Positions 25,766-39,160 of a stretch of DNA of 64,000 nt are shown here, piece after piece. Made by a program: the position numbers and the translations under genes. Within the stretch, counting starts at the first letter, position 1. Every line of letters begins with the position of its first letter. Origin of the DNA: Mustelus asterias (taxonomy: Eukaryota); contig NC_135804.1 in NCBI RefSeq assembly GCF_964213995.1, forward strand, positions 49,786,001 to 49,850,000, in the 5' to 3' direction. Below the pieces are notes generated by a model. It was not told where the DNA came from. It made no database searches and saw only the letters and a list, made by a program, of their open reading frames with translations.

Positions 25766-27815
25766 ACTCTCTTACACCTTAAGTTCTTCTAGTTATTTTG
25801 TTTTTATTTAGGTCATCTCTAAACTATCTCAACTGGATGTTCCTTTGGCAGTTTATTGTTAACCTGTGTAAATTGCTCCTCTTCTCTCCTTACCCCTAAT
25901 GAGTTAATCAATGCAAGTTAATTTCCTGCTCCATGAACACTTGGAAAATGGATCAGCACACATTCCGCAAAAGCCAGGTGGGAAATGCAAGATGGAATTT
26001 GAGTGACATCTTCTGACTGATTCAGTAACGACACCTTTGGATTTTTGAGTCATTCATTGCAATCCAACAACAAACTGTTTTCATCAATTGCGTTGGATTG
26101 AAAAGCTGTCAGTTTGACCTATGCCACAGAGTTAGTGCTCGCACTTTTCTCTGAGAAGCGTTTTGGGGACATGCTGAGGTTGTAAAAAACACCCATAAAT
26201 GCAAATCTCTCTTTTCCTCTGATCAATATTTCCACAGCCTGAAAAGCAAGTGTTTTGTAACCAATTAACTGTTTCTGCTGCCAAGCACTTTTATAAAGTC
26301 ACTCTCAGCCTCCCTATTTCAATCTGAGACTGTGCATTATTCCGTAGTTGTCGGTGACTTGCTTTTGGCTTCCTGCTGCTCAAGGATTTCGTCTGATTTT
26401 TATCCCCAAAGCAGAGGATCTCTGTCTGAAACCACCACAGGACAGTGAGTCAATTGCTGGCCCACCAATACCCCACGTGCTGTTCTCCCCTCTCTTGCAA
26501 ATAGCATCGAAAACAACTTGCATTGAGTTAATATCCAAACTGACCTGTAATACATGGTCATCATAACTTCCATCAATTTTATAATTAAAATGCTGCAATA
26601 TTCTCACTTCTTTCCCCTGTGAAATTTAAAGGTGCGTCAAAGCCACATTACTACAGCATGGGGACAAGAATTAAAAGATTCGAAGAATTTTGGAGCCTCT
26701 CTGATTAGAGAGCCGGAGCTTTAAAAAGTGTTCTGTTCTTTTGCGCTGACTAAGTCACTGGGAAATACAAAGAGGAAAGGATTTATCACTGCACGTCAGT
26801 AAATATTTTGACATTATCTTTAATCTCTCCACAAAACAACACCGTATAATTATTGTGGTTAAAACTGCAGAGGCACTCAATATATCAATTGCTTCTCGGT
26901 TTGCACAGTAAGTGGGGAAAGTGAGTCTGCCTCCTGCAAACCTGCTGCAGCAGAATTCACAGGGTCAAACACATTGGAAATGTTCGATAATGTACGCCAT
27001 CCAGTGAGTGAACACCGCACTCTTTCTCCAAAGTTTACACTTGTTTTTCTTCTCTCCCCAACGCGATCTTGAGGCTTTCCACTGCTTCCCCATCACCTCA
27101 GGAACATTGCTCTTGGCGTTTCCTCTTCCCGTGTCAAAAGCTAAGCTCCAACTAAAAACAGGAGGTTTTTTTAGCTTTTTACTCCTGTCTCCAATGTTGT
27201 GGAGACATATTTCCCGGATGATTTGGCTCACACACTTTAGAATTCTTTAGTGGGTTTCATTATAGTGCCCTAAGCAGTGCAGGATAATTTGAATTGAAAA
27301 TTCCACGCTCTATTGAAGCCAAAATCACTCAACTCAAGGATAATATATTCCCTGTATCCATCATTGAATTATTAATTGATTGAGCAATTTCGTATGGTTT
27401 GCACTGAATGTGTACCCCGTTTGCTGTTTGATGTATTTCTTTTTTTAGTATTAAGTCCATTCTCTCTATTTTTACTGAATGTCTATAACCGAACATTTGT
27501 TGGGAGTTTTTATTCTTCCGCCACCTGTGCTATTTGACCTCTCTCATGACCTCTACTGCTGATTGCAATTCAATTCAATTTGTCAGAAGCTACAGATAAT
27601 GTGTTTGACACATGTACTTGGAAGCCAGTTCCTGGTTCTGGGATCAATCCACCTGGGCTATTTGCATGAAGATCTCCTTCTGTTGAAATTAGTTGGGTTA
27701 GTTCCTCCTGGGTGCAAACACAAAACCTGTACAGATTGGTGCATTTATATAACACCTTTCACATCTCCAGAAAGCATTTTATAATCATGAAGAACATTTG
27801 AAGTGTAGTCATGGT

Positions 27816-28847
27816 TCATAGAATCATAGAACCCCTACAGTGTAGAAGAGGCAATTCAGCCCATTCAGTCTGTACTGACTCTCTGACCGAGTACCTTACC
27901 CAGACACTCTCCCCCACCCTATCCCTGCAACCCCACATATTTACCATGACTAATCCATCTAACCTACACATCTTGGGACATTAAAAGGCAACCTAGCATG
28001 GCCAATCCACCTAACCTGCACATCTTTGGACTGTGGGAGGAAACTGGAGCACCCGGAGGAAACCCACACAGGCACGTGGAGGACGTGTCCATGTGCATAG
28101 ATCCCTGAAAGTTGGCACCCAGGTTGATAGGGTTGTAAGAAGGCGTACGGTGTGTTAACGTTTATTGATAGAGGGATTGAGTTTCGGAGCCATGAGGTCA
28201 TGTTGCAGCTGTACAAAACTCTGGTGCGGCCGCACTTGGAGTATTGCGTACAGTTCTGGTCGCCGCATTATAGGAAGGATGTGGAAGCATTGGAAAGGGT
28301 GCAGAGGAGATTTACCAGGATGTTGCCTGATATGGTGGGAAGGTCTTATGAGGAAAGGCTGAGGGACTTGAGGCTGTTTTCGTTAGAGAGAAGGTTAAGA
28401 GGTGACTTAATAGGGGCATGTAAAATGATCAGAGGATTACATAGGGTGGACAGTGAGAGCCTTTTTCCTCGTATGGTGATGGCTAGCACGAGGGGACATA
28501 GCTTTAAATTGAGGGGTGATAGATATAGGACAGATGTCAGAGGTAGGTTCTTTACTCAGAGAGTAGTAAGGGCGTGGAATGCCCTGCCTGCAACAGTAGT
28601 GGACTCATCAATATTAAGGGCATTTAAATGGTCATTGGATAAACATATGGATGATATTGGAATAGTGTAGGTTAGATGGGCTTTAGATTGGTTTCACTGG
28701 TTGGCACAACATCAAGGGCCGAAGGGCCTGTACTGCGCTGTAATGTTCTATGTTCTAACGTGCAAACTCCACACAGACAGTGACCCAAGTCTGGAATTGA
28801 ATCTGAAGCTGTGAGGCAGCAGTGCTAACCACTGTGCCACCATGGCG
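27816..28847 (-). mobile_element. HE1-like SINE interrupted by a CR1 insertion
   Basis: The SINE halves at 27816-28088 and 28758-28847 join across a duplicated ACGTG. Confidence 0.75.
28089..28757 (+). mobile_element. CR1 LINE 3' fragment
   Basis: ORF LYKTLVRPHLEYCVQFWSPHY... with a (TTCTATG)n tail. Confidence 0.9.
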
Positions 28848-31450
28848 CCCACAAAACAGAAAAGTTGCTCTGTAGATAAATGCAGCAGCCATTTTATGCA
28901 CTGTCAGATCCCACAAGCAGCAGTGAGTTGAATGGCCAGAAAATCTGTTTTTGGAAGTGCTGCCTGAAGGATAAATATTGGCTGGGATATATCGGTAAAG
29001 CTCTTTGCTCTTCTTCAGGTATTGCCAGTGGGCCTTTTACATCTGTTTGAACATACAGATGGTGTCTTGATTCAACAGCTAAATGAAAACCTCAGTCAGT
29101 GCCTCAATACTGCACTGAAGTATTAGCCTAGATTATATGTTCAAGTTCTTAGCTGGGGCTCAAACTCAACACACCTCCTGATTTGAAGTTGAGTGTTAAA
29201 CCCCTGAGCTAGGTTGATGTTTCTCAGGGGCTGGGTAGATTGAAACGGGATTAACTGAGATAAGGGAATTATCTCAGTTTGGAACAGCTTGGAATTAGCT
29301 AAGACAAAAGGTGGCAGCCTGAGAGGAGAGGAAATATTCAAAATTGAGTGGGAGAGAGTGGAAGACTGGCAACTTAAGCAGTTTATAGGTGGAAACAAGC
29401 TATATTGAATTGACGAGACAAATGAGATACTCTGAATAGAGTATCTTTGTGAAGGAGTGTAAATTTGATTGGGTACAGCATCTCCATGTCTTGTGTCTGT
29501 AGGGGATAGAATGCCTTTAATAGAGTGAGATGGTGAAGCTTAGATGTGGGAGGGTGATAGTTGAGGTAACTTTTGACAGGACTGTTGAAGATCCAAATTT
29601 TACTATTTTTCCTTTCTTTACTTGTGAAATATAATAGTTCTTACAATTAACCAGAATGGATCATATTTAATCTAAAGATTCTGCAGAGGAGCATGCCCAC
29701 AAATACTTCTAGAATTGCAGCACTAATTTTGTGTCTTCACTCTTTCAGGCACGTGTGTTTTACTTCCAGCATAAGTGAAGGAATGTTAGGACTACCAAGT
29801 CGATTCGAGTCCATTTTTTCATAAGGCAGGACCATTCTTACATTACAACAGTGACTAGAGGTAGTGACCTAGTGGTATTGTCACTGGACTAGTAATCCAG
29901 AGTAATTCTCTGGGGGCCTGGGTTCGAATCTCACCTTGGCAGATGGTGAAATTTGAATTCAATAAAGTCTTAGGAAAACCATAAAACAAATATTGTTAAA
30001 AACCAATCACTAATCCTATCCTTGCCTGGTCTGGCCGACAGATCCACAACAATGAGGTTGACTCTTAAACTGTTCTTGTAGGCGGCTCAGTTCAAGGGAA
30101 ATTAGGGATGAGCGACACCCACATCCAATGAATAAAAACAATTCAAATACAATTAATTGCTGTAAAACACTATGTGGTGTCTTAAGGTTGTGTCTACTTT
30201 CTTGACTTTTCAGCTCTTTGGGCGCTGTGGCATACATTGTGAAGTGTTTATGCCATCACAGCTTCCTTCGCGGGACGGTTGTCTCCGGCGCAGTTAGACC
30301 TCCCTGATGCCCTTCTGTTTCTCATCCTCTTCTTCCGTTAGGTACACAAAACAAGGAAAGCCATCAACTCATTTCTGCCATTTGCAAAAGCAAATGTCAG
30401 TGCCAACATTGCCACTTCATCAGCCTTAATCAGAATGATAGAAATCAGGAAAGTAAGATGAAAATCTCATGCAGATCATAAAATGGTACCAGGAATGAAG
30501 GACTTAATGATATCAATAGGCTGAGATTGTTCTACTTAGAGCAGGGAAGGTTTAATAAAAATGTTGAAAATTACAAGGGGTTTGTCAGAGTACAGAGGAA
30601 GAAACTGTTTCCAGAGGTAGGAGGGTCAGGAGTCAGGGAACGCAGATTTAAGATAATTGACAAAAGGACCAGGGGTAGATGGGGAGAACTTTCCTTTGCA
30701 GTGGATTTTTGCGATCTGGAATGTGCTGCATGTGAGAAAGATCAAAGGAGATTCCGCAGTAATTTCCAAAGGGAATTGGACAAAGGGAAAAAAAAGTGGG
30801 ACTTTGGGGAAGGGTAACGAATAAGGACAATTTGATAGTTCTGTCAAAGAATCAGCAGAGACATAATTGCCGGAATTTTACCAGCTCGCCTGCTCGAGGC
30901 GCGTAAGATCCCGCCCGAGGCCAACGGAGAATGCCATTCTGTAAGCCTCACCCGCCCCGATTCTGGGGCAGGAGTGCCAGTAAAATTCCAACAAATAGCC
31001 TGAATGGTCTCCTTCTGGGCTGTAAGATTCAATAAAGTGCTCCCAGCAACCTTCAGGCAGAGCTCTTGAAATCCATACTTGTGACTGATAGTCCTAGACA
31101 CCCATTTTGAATGAGAATAAACTCTACGCTATGAGGCAGGAACACTGGCATTACTGTCGAAATGGGGATTTCATTTCAATCTTAGCACTTAAACAGAAAA
31201 GTGCTTGAAGTGTAAATTGGGTCAAAACCTAACTTTACAGATTACTGCCACCTTTTCCAATCGGTCCTGTTGACCTTGTGTCTGAAATGTAGATGTTACC
31301 AGTCTGAACATTTGTGCTGATTTGTTTTTGGCTCCAGTGTGTGTTCCGATCCTGGTTGGAGCAGTTCAATATTTGGAGTTGATGTTTGTTCAGTCACTCA
31401 GTGTAAATTAAAACAACTGAAGAAGAGGAAAACAGAATGCAGGCACATGG

Positions 31451-31456
31451 TTTATT
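31451..31456 (-). terminator. Polyadenylation signal of the CTRL-like gene
   Basis: AATAAA ~40 nt after the stop codon, with a second AATAAA at 31459-31464. Confidence 0.7.
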
Positions 31457-31495
31457 AATTTATTAACTCATTATGTCCCAGGGAGGTTAAAGTCA

Positions 31496-31654
31496 TTAGT
31501 AATTAATGTATCGATCAACAAATGAGCGCAATTTGGAAACGCGGGCGTAAACTGCAGGACTGTACGTATTACAGTTCACCGTTCCCCAAGAAACAATGCC
31601 AACCAGGTTCCAGCCGGTATTCCCATAACAAACAAGAGGACCACCAGAGTCACC
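31496..31654 (-). CDS. CTRL: CTRL-like chymotrypsin exon 7 (catalytic Ser195, stop)
   Basis: ttgcag|[52 protein letters not shown]. Confidence 0.9.
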   Translation of the reverse strand, partial: GDSGGPLVCYGNTGWNLVGIVSWGTVNCNTYSPAVYARVSKLRSFVDRYINY

Positions 31655-32096
31655 CTGCAATTTAAAAAGAAAGGAAAATCCTATCATTCCTTAGCAAAAT
31701 GAAATTTGAGTAAACATCACTATAAAACTTACTGGCTGTACCTATCTTCATTTCAAAAGGCATTAGGAACATAGGAACAAGAATAGGCCATTCAGCCCCT
31801 TGAGCCTGCTCTGCCATTCAATAAGATATGGCTGATTTGTGGCCTAACTCCATGTACCTGTCCTAGGCCCATATCCCTGGATACCCCTGCTCAATAAAAA
31901 AATGTCTATCCCAAACTTAAACCTAACAATTGAACCAGCATCCACCTCCACCATTCTGTGTGTAGAAGTGTTTTCTAACATCCCTCCTGAATGGCTTGGT
32001 CCTAATTTCTAAATTATGACCCCTGGCTCTAGAGCCATTGTAAGGAGTCTAACAACACTAGGTTAAAGTCCAACAGTTTTATTTGGTAGCAAACGC

Positions 32097-32131
32097 CACT
32101 AGCTTTCGGAGCGCTGCTCCTTCGTCAGATG
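32097..32131 (-). ncRNA. Minimal hammerhead ribozyme motif (sense to the CTRL-like pre-mRNA)
   Basis: CAU-CUGACGA-A-GGAGC(AGC)GCUCC-GAAA-GC-UA-GUG: both core boxes, stem II, palindromic AGCU stem III and a short stem I. Confidence 0.65.
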
Positions 32132-32175
32132 GAGTGGAAATCCACTCCATGATGAAGATGGAGAGATTTCCACTC

Positions 32176-32210
32176 CATCTGACGAAGGAGCAGCGCTCCG
32201 AAAGCTAGTG
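32176..32210 (+). ncRNA. Minimal hammerhead ribozyme motif
   Basis: CATCTGACGAAGGAGCAGCGCTCCGAAAGCTAGTG, the mirror copy of 32097-32131. Confidence 0.65.
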
Positions 32211-32434
32211 GCTTTTGCTATCAAATAAACCTGTTGGACTTTAACCTGGTGTTGTTAGACTCCTTATTGTGTTTACCCCAGTCCAACGCCGGCATCTCCA
32301 CAGCAAGAGCCATTGCCATTGAAAGTTATGTGATGTGCCAAATTTCCATTGGGAAGGGTAAACTAGCATGTTGGCCCAATTAAATTGAATTTTTGTCATT
32401 TTTGATTTTGTTTTCTCCAACAGTAGATTAATTT

Positions 32435-33243
32435 ACATAAGAACATAAGAAATAGGAGCAGGAGTAGGCCATCTAGCCCCTCGAGCCTGCCCCGCCATTC
32501 AATAAGATCATGGCTGATCTGACGTGGATCAGTACCACTTACCCGCCTGATCCCCATAACCCTTAATTCCCTTACCGATCAGGAATCCATCCATCCGCGC
32601 TTTAAACATATTCAGCGAGGTAGCCTCCACCACCTCAGTGGGCAGAGAATTCCAGAGATTCACCACCCTCTGGGAGAAGAAGTTCCTCCTCAACTCTGTC
32701 TTAAACCGACCCCCCTTTATTTTGAGGCTGTGTCCTCTAGTTTTAACTTCCTTACTAAGTGGAAAGAATCTCTCCGCCTCCACCCTATCCAGCCCCCGCA
32801 TTATCTTATAAGTCTCCATAAGATCCCCCCTCATCCTTCTAAACTCCAACGAGTACAAACCCAATCTCCTCAGCCTCTCCTCATAATCCAAACCCCTCAT
32901 CTCCGGTATCAACCTGGTGAACCTTCTCTGCACTCCCTCCAATGCCAATATATCCTTCCTCATATAAGGGGACCAATACTGCACACAGTATTCCAGCTGC
33001 GGCCTCACCAATGCCCTGTACAGGTGCATCAAGACATCCCTGCTTTTATATTCTATCCCCTTCGCAATATAGGCCAACATCCCATTTGCCTTCTTGATCA
33101 CCTGTTGTACCTGCAGACTGGGCTTTTGCGTCTCATGCACAAGGATCCCCAGGTCCCTTTGCACGGTAGCATGTTTTAATTTGTTTCCATTGAGATAATA
33201 ATCCCATTTGTTATTATTTCCTCCAAAGTGTATAACCTCGCAT
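32435..33243 (-). mobile_element. CR1 LINE 3' fragment, uninterrupted ORF
   Basis: CEVIHFG...LYRALVRPQLEYCVQYWSP...SLEFRRMRGDL, with a (TTCTTATG)n tail. Confidence 0.9.
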
Positions 33244-33659
33244 TGCAATTTCCATTGCAAACTATTTAATAATGAATTAAATCATCAGCAATAAAAAACC
33301 TTACCAGTTAGTGACAAAGTTATTTCAGAAAGAGGAAGATAAGAACAAGGCAGCACTGAGGCCTGTGTTATCCCACCACTGTGGCTTCTCAGTGATGCTG
33401 CAGCCCACACAAAGAAGTGCAGGATATTCAGAGAAGATTGTATCATAGGCACAGATAGTTTAGTGTTGGTAATGAAATCTATTCTGGTTTGAAATCCCCT
33501 CACAGATCAGCTGACATGGACTTGAAATGGAACCAGTGATATCAGTTGAAGGTTATGGAATTCACTAAGCTCATCAGTCCCATAACTCAACTAAATGTCA
33601 AAATGCAACTCGAGCCAACGACAAAAGAAATCACATCTTATTGCACAGAATGATGGAAA

Positions 33660-33958
33660 AGACAGTGGTTAGCACTGCTGTCTCACAGTGCCAGGAATGC
33701 GGGTTCGATTGTGTCTTGGGTCACTGTCTGTGCAGAGTCTGCACGTTCTCCCCATGTCTGCATGGGTTTCCTCCGGATACTCCGGTTTTCTCCCATAATC
33801 CAAAAGACGCACTGATTAGGTGCATTGGCCATGCTAAATTCTTCCTCAGTGTACCCAAACAGGTGCCGGAGTGTGGCGACTAGGGGATTTTCACAGTAAC
33901 TTCATTGCAGTGTGAATGTAAGCCTACTTGTGACACTAATAAATAAACTTTAAACTTA
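33660..33958 (+). mobile_element. HE1-like SINE (tail type B)
   Basis: Head, core and tail as at 1051. Confidence 0.8.
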
Positions 33959-34139
33959 AAAGAAGATCATCTGAATAGATATTATGCTGCTTATTTAATT
34001 TCAACTACAGCTGTTTATTCCTGATCCACAGTAACAGTGATTTGAAGCTTTATTGTTTATAACCACCCCATCATCATCATTGTAGACCTCATCAGCCCGC
34101 TCAGATCTTTATAAACATCTAAAAGTTCATAGTGTTTAC

Positions 34140-34267
34140 CTGGCAAGAGGAAGATCCAGAGGCACCAGCACAAATCATTATATCACTGATTTGATTCCCC
34201 CAGTACTGGCGACAGGTTTGTGGATCAATAATGGGAATATTGGTCTGCATCAGTTTGGTCGCAATGG
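34140..34267 (-). CDS. CTRL: CTRL-like chymotrypsin exon 6
   Basis: ctccaag|(S)IATKLMQTNIPIIDPQTCRQYWGNQISDIMICAGASGSSSCQ|gtaaac. 128 nt, phase-consistent. Confidence 0.88.
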
Positions 34268-34374
34268 CTTGGAGGAAATAAATAAGGGAAGTCAAGATTA
34301 ATAACAAATATTTAGAAGTAGATCTGTCTGACTGCACTAAGTTGCATTAGAGAAGTACTTTATAATAATCTTAC

Positions 34375-34558
34375 AGCCTCCAGGTACAGTCCTTCCCCAT
34401 CCAGTTGTGATACACGTTGTGCCTTCTGGAATGTAGGCATTGGCAGTAACAAGTCTGATCGGAGAGACATAGTTACTTATACCGGCTGGTGAAGAGAGGC
34501 GGAGGAGAGTACAGTCATAGTTCATGTTGTAGGGGTTCCAGTAAGGATGAGTTATGAC
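34375..34558 (-). CDS. CTRL: CTRL-like chymotrypsin exon 5 (catalytic Asp102)
   Basis: tgtag|VITHPYWNPYNMNYDCTLLRLSSPAGISNYVSPIRLVTANAYIPEGTTCITTGWGRTVPGG|gtaaga. 184 nt. Confidence 0.88.
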
Positions 34559-36688
34559 CTACAGCAAAGATATAAAATGTCACTTATTCATTCACCATTC
34601 TTCATGAATGGTGTTAAAATAGCTAAGGACAAAGCTGAAAGAGATTGAGGGTGGGATTCTCTGAATTTGCATAAAAACTGGAGTAAATCCCATTGTTTTT
34701 TTCAGAGGGATTTTCAAAATGAATTTCCCACACTCTGTGCACTGCAGAAAGCACTAGCGCGAATATCACTAATAATCAGTGGGCGGGGCCTAGTCCTGCT
34801 GGAGAGGCCGGTAGAATAGCGCTGAGTGGGCCACTGCGCATGCGCCGATCTGTCAGCGCCGAGATTGGTGCATGCGCAGTAGTCCCGCATTGCCAGCTTC
34901 CCGATCGCTGGCCAGCATGATCACTGGCCAACACAGCAACCCCGCATCGCTGGCCATGCGATCCCCCCAACACCTAATTGCTGTCCTCCTGGATGTGTCC
35001 AAGCCAGCCCTGACCCCACCCCCACCCACCCACAGCCCCCCGGCCTGTTTCGATCTCCCTCCCAGCAGTCCCTATCTCACCACCACCCCCTCCTTGCTGG
35101 AGTGAAATCATTAGCATAATTTATGCAGCTCCACACCGATTACTGGCGTGGAACTGACGGCGTCGGAAATCTGGCGGCCAGAGACGCGTGGAGGCCGTGG
35201 CGCCAGCGGGACACCCGCTACACGGCCTTCGCTTGAGTCTCCCGGCCCGCTGCGCTGTTAGAGCAGTGCAGCGGGCTGGGAGAATTGCTCCCTTAGAGTA
35301 GGTAATAGATTCAATGCCCAATTTATTCAACCAATGCAAAGCTATACTCAACAAAGCCAACAGCCAAAACAAAACGTATGTCAGAGAAAGTAGCGATTGA
35401 ACAATCCAGTGCTTTGGTCAAACCACACCTTGAGCACTGTGCTCAGTTGTGGCTACCAAAATCAGGGGGAGACAGGATAGAGAAGAGCAAGCAAAATGCT
35501 GCCAATGCTGGAAACCTGACATAAAAACAGAAAAGAGGAGTCATTTGGATTCAAAAGGATAACACTGTTTTTCTCTCCAAAGATGCTGCCAGACCTGCTG
35601 AGTTTATCCAGCATTTTCTGCTTTTATTTGTGATATCCTGGTGTCAGGGGTCTGAATGATGAGAAAAGGCATGGACCAGTTTGAACTTTTCAGCCTGGAA
35701 AGACACCACTGGGAGGTGATCTTGTAGAGGTAGCCAAGATAGTAAACGACATAGAAAAGTTTAGGATGCTTTGAGGAAGTTGCAGGAATAAGCTAAGAAA
35801 AAAAGCCAAGCTAGTAAAATCTCATGGCCAGAATTCTCCAGTCTTGCCCGACCTGCTACTGCTGCCAGCGAGAATGGAGAATTTGGCGCTCAGCCAAATC
35901 TCTGTTCGCAGCAGCGGAACCGGATAATCCCAGCTGTGGGCAAGTTCGGAGAATTCTGGACAATATTAAAGTTCATAAGATGGAGTTCCTTTTCACACAG
36001 AGGGTGACTGACACCTGGAATAGACCTCTGAGCAGAGTGGGAGAGGAGAACATGCTGAAATAATTTAAGGAAAATTAAATGCCACAATAGGGAAGTCTAG
36101 GGTTGTTGACAAGGTGGGTTGAATGGCCCACCTTATCCATAAATATCTTGTATATATCATAGTTGAGACAGAGACGATGGGAAAGTGAGTTAGGAATTGT
36201 GAAATACATTGAAACTTCAGCTTATTAAGAAAATATGGTTTTAACCTATTTATAATTAAACCCGCGCTTCAAAATCAAGGTTCAGCAATTGTGAATCTCA
36301 CTAAATCTTGAGCCCTCTTTGAAGCCAAAAAATATGTTCTGGACAATAGAATGGGGAGAAAATGGAAAAAATAATCTTAAAATCTCAGTAACATTATTGT
36401 CAGAATAATGTGGAATCCGCAGTGAGCAATGTGAATGGCAAAGAGAGGGCTGAATTCCTGCAGATGCATGTGGTTAAAAGAGCAAGGAAATATATTTCAA
36501 AAGCTCGATTTAGTTAACATCATGTCACTGGTAATAAAGTTGGACATTACAGCCTTGTGGATGTAAACTTTTCTGTGTTATATGATCCAAAGTAAAATAT
36601 AATGCAAAGCATTTTAGAAGAGAATTTGCATTTGGAAATATCTTCATTCAATATACATGCAAATTGGAATGTATCAACAGGTACATAC

Positions 36689-36770
36689 CTGGGAAACACT
36701 TTTGATTTGGACTGGTTCTGCTGAGGAATACATATCAAACTCTCCAAGCACAACATGATGATACCCAGGG
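36689..36770 (-). CDS. CTRL: CTRL-like chymotrypsin exon 4
   Basis: aatag|(N)PGYHHVVLGEFDMYSSAEPVQIKSVSQ|gtatgt. 82 nt; resembles human CTRL PGRHFVVLGEYDRSSNAEPLQ. Confidence 0.88.
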
Positions 36771-39080
36771 CTATTTTAAAAAAAAAGCATTTGTAATGTT
36801 CATGTGTGGTTAGTGTTTTACTTGTCACAAATGTTCTCTGGGCTGAATTGTCACAAATGGGCTGAATTATATGGGCACGGTGGTCCCCACTCCTCCAGTT
36901 AAAAAAGTTAGTGGGGCGCGGGGTGAGAGTAGCCCAGGAGAAGAACAGCTGCCTCACAGTCATTTATTAGTGAATTGGCAGTAAATAAGTGAAATAATAC
37001 TCCCTCCAGCACCGAGGGGAATGATGGCCAGTGCTGGTACTGCATGCAGGCGATGAGGAGGCAAATTGCAATGTTTAGGGGTCAGCAAGGAGGATGTGGG
37101 TCAAGGTTTAAGACTTCATGGGGGAGGGGAACCTGGGTGGGGGAGGATTACACCCCAGTTAAGAAGAGACTCCCCTCCCTCCACCTGCATTAATTGTCCA
37201 CTTAAGTTGGGCCCACTACTGGGTGATCTATCTGACACTACCCCTCCTGCAGTAGAGGTAGGAGCAGGTGGATAGATGGCAAGAATGCTCCCAGTGGCCT
37301 TCAAGCCAATAGGAGAGCATTAAAGGAACCCCAAGCACTGCAGCCAAGCAGCAATCCAATTTTTAATTTTTAATTTAATTTTTTACTGTTCTCTACCTTT
37401 TATTTCTTTATTGTCTTTCTTCATTTTTCTCCCCCCCCCCCCACTCTTTCCCCCTACGTTATCCCCCTTCCCTTCCCTTTTCTCCCCCTTTTCTAAATTT
37501 TACCTCTGTCCCATCCATTCCCCCCCCCCAACATCTTAACATAACAACATAAGAACATAAGAAATAGGAGCAGGAGTAGGCCATCTAGCCCCTCGAGCCT
37601 GCCCCGCCATTCAATAAGATCATCTTCATCTGTCACAGCTTACCCTCTGATTTTAGCTTCTCTGCCGTTTGGCCATTCACACCCTTTATTCTCTCTGTGG
37701 ATTGCCATTAGCAGTCTTTTACCCTGGTTCCTGTGGCTATGACTCATCTTTCATTCCCCCACTCTGCAATATAAATATCTCCCACTTTCTATGCCTTTTA
37801 GCTTTGACAAAGGGTCAACTGGACTCGAAACATCAGCTTTTTTCTCTCCTTACAGATGCTGCCAGACCTGCTGAGATTTTCCAGCATTTTCTCTTTTGGT
37901 TGCTGGTTAGGCCATGCTAAATCCTCCCTCAGTGTACCTGAACAAGTGCTGGAGTGTGGTGACTAGCGAATTTTCACAGCAACTTAAGTGTTAATGTGAG
38001 CCTATTTGTGACACTAATAAATAAACTTTAAAACCTTAACTTTTAAAAAAAAGAGGGTGCTTTACTTGTCACTCACTAAAAGAATTGTAAATACTTCTGA
38101 AATGGATGAAGTTCACTTTGCTTCACAGGGAACCACTTTAATATATAAACATTGGAATAATCTGAAGATGAAAAGTTGGTAAATTAAATAGTATCGCTCG
38201 ATGGTATTAGTCTAACAAGTCAGCCGGATGATGTGCTGCTTCCTAATTTTCCCTTTGCTGGGAGCCTTAAACGTCATGTTTGTGTGACCCCATGGAGACC
38301 GGTGGGAAACTTTGCACTTGTTAACGGACCTGATAGTGTTTATTCCCCCACCTTCTCTTCAGCTACAGTATTAGATTATCATAGCACAGGCTATATAAAA
38401 CTCAGTGCTTTTTCTGGATTACTCACAGAAGGAGCAGCTAGAGAGTGGTTCACTCATCCTTTTCTGGGTGTTGACATATACGGGAAATGATGTCGAAGCT
38501 GCCACTTATCTCTATTCACCGGAAAGAAATGCCTTAACCTCTTTAAATGTCAGCTTCGTGCATTCCAATTGTGGGCAGTACTTGCATTGTTCAACAGGCT
38601 CAGAAGCATTCTGAGCGATATTGGCCAGAATTCCCCAACCTTGCCCACGGCTCGGATTCTCCAGTCCCGCTGCAGTGAATGGAGATTTGGCTGAGCGCCA
38701 AATTCTCCATTCTCGCTGGCAGCCACAGCAGAGTGTGCGAGAATGGAGAATTCCAGTAATTATAACTACCACAGGGCAAACTAAACTTAAGGATAGTTTT
38801 GTTCGGTGCACTGGTATCCAGTCAGATGAAGCTGGGAGTCTGCAAACATTGTCTTGCACCCAACTTGAGAGACTGAAAGAATCAGAATTGGCTCCAAGAA
38901 GTGAATAGTGCTCCAGCAGAATGTCTCCTCAACCAGAAAATAAATCTGATGACTGGAGATTGGTGTTATGTTTCTGTGCTCCATGACAAATGAGCACATG
39001 AATATGGGGTCTGAATTAGGCGTTTCTCACAGTTAGATATCTCTAATTTAAACATGGATAGCCTGATCTCAAAAACTTAC

Positions 39081-39160
39081 TTAAAATTGCAGTGAGCAGC
39101 AGTGATAACCCAGTTCTGAGTTATTAAAGAGCCTCCGCAGAAATGGCGTCCATAATAGTC
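39081..39160 (-). CDS. CTRL: CTRL-like chymotrypsin exon 3 (catalytic His57)
   Basis: cacag|[26 protein letters not shown]|gtaagt. 80 nt. Confidence 0.9.

Larger units (their letters stand above)
32041..32305. mobile_element. Palindromic Penelope-derived element with two hammerhead motifs; 10-bp TSD
   Basis: About 100-bp inverted arms. TSD AGAGCCATTG at 32031-32040 and 32306-32315. Confidence 0.8.

Noticed and set aside
26340-30340. NRN1L or another small gene upstream of PSKH1; exon-like stretch at 30213-30340
   Set aside because: No neuritin-like cysteine pattern or recognisable peptide in the frames examined.
32041-32305. CRISPR-like repeat or miRNA gene
   Set aside because: There is no repeat-spacer periodicity. 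The TSDs and identity to a Penelope terminus explain the hairpin.
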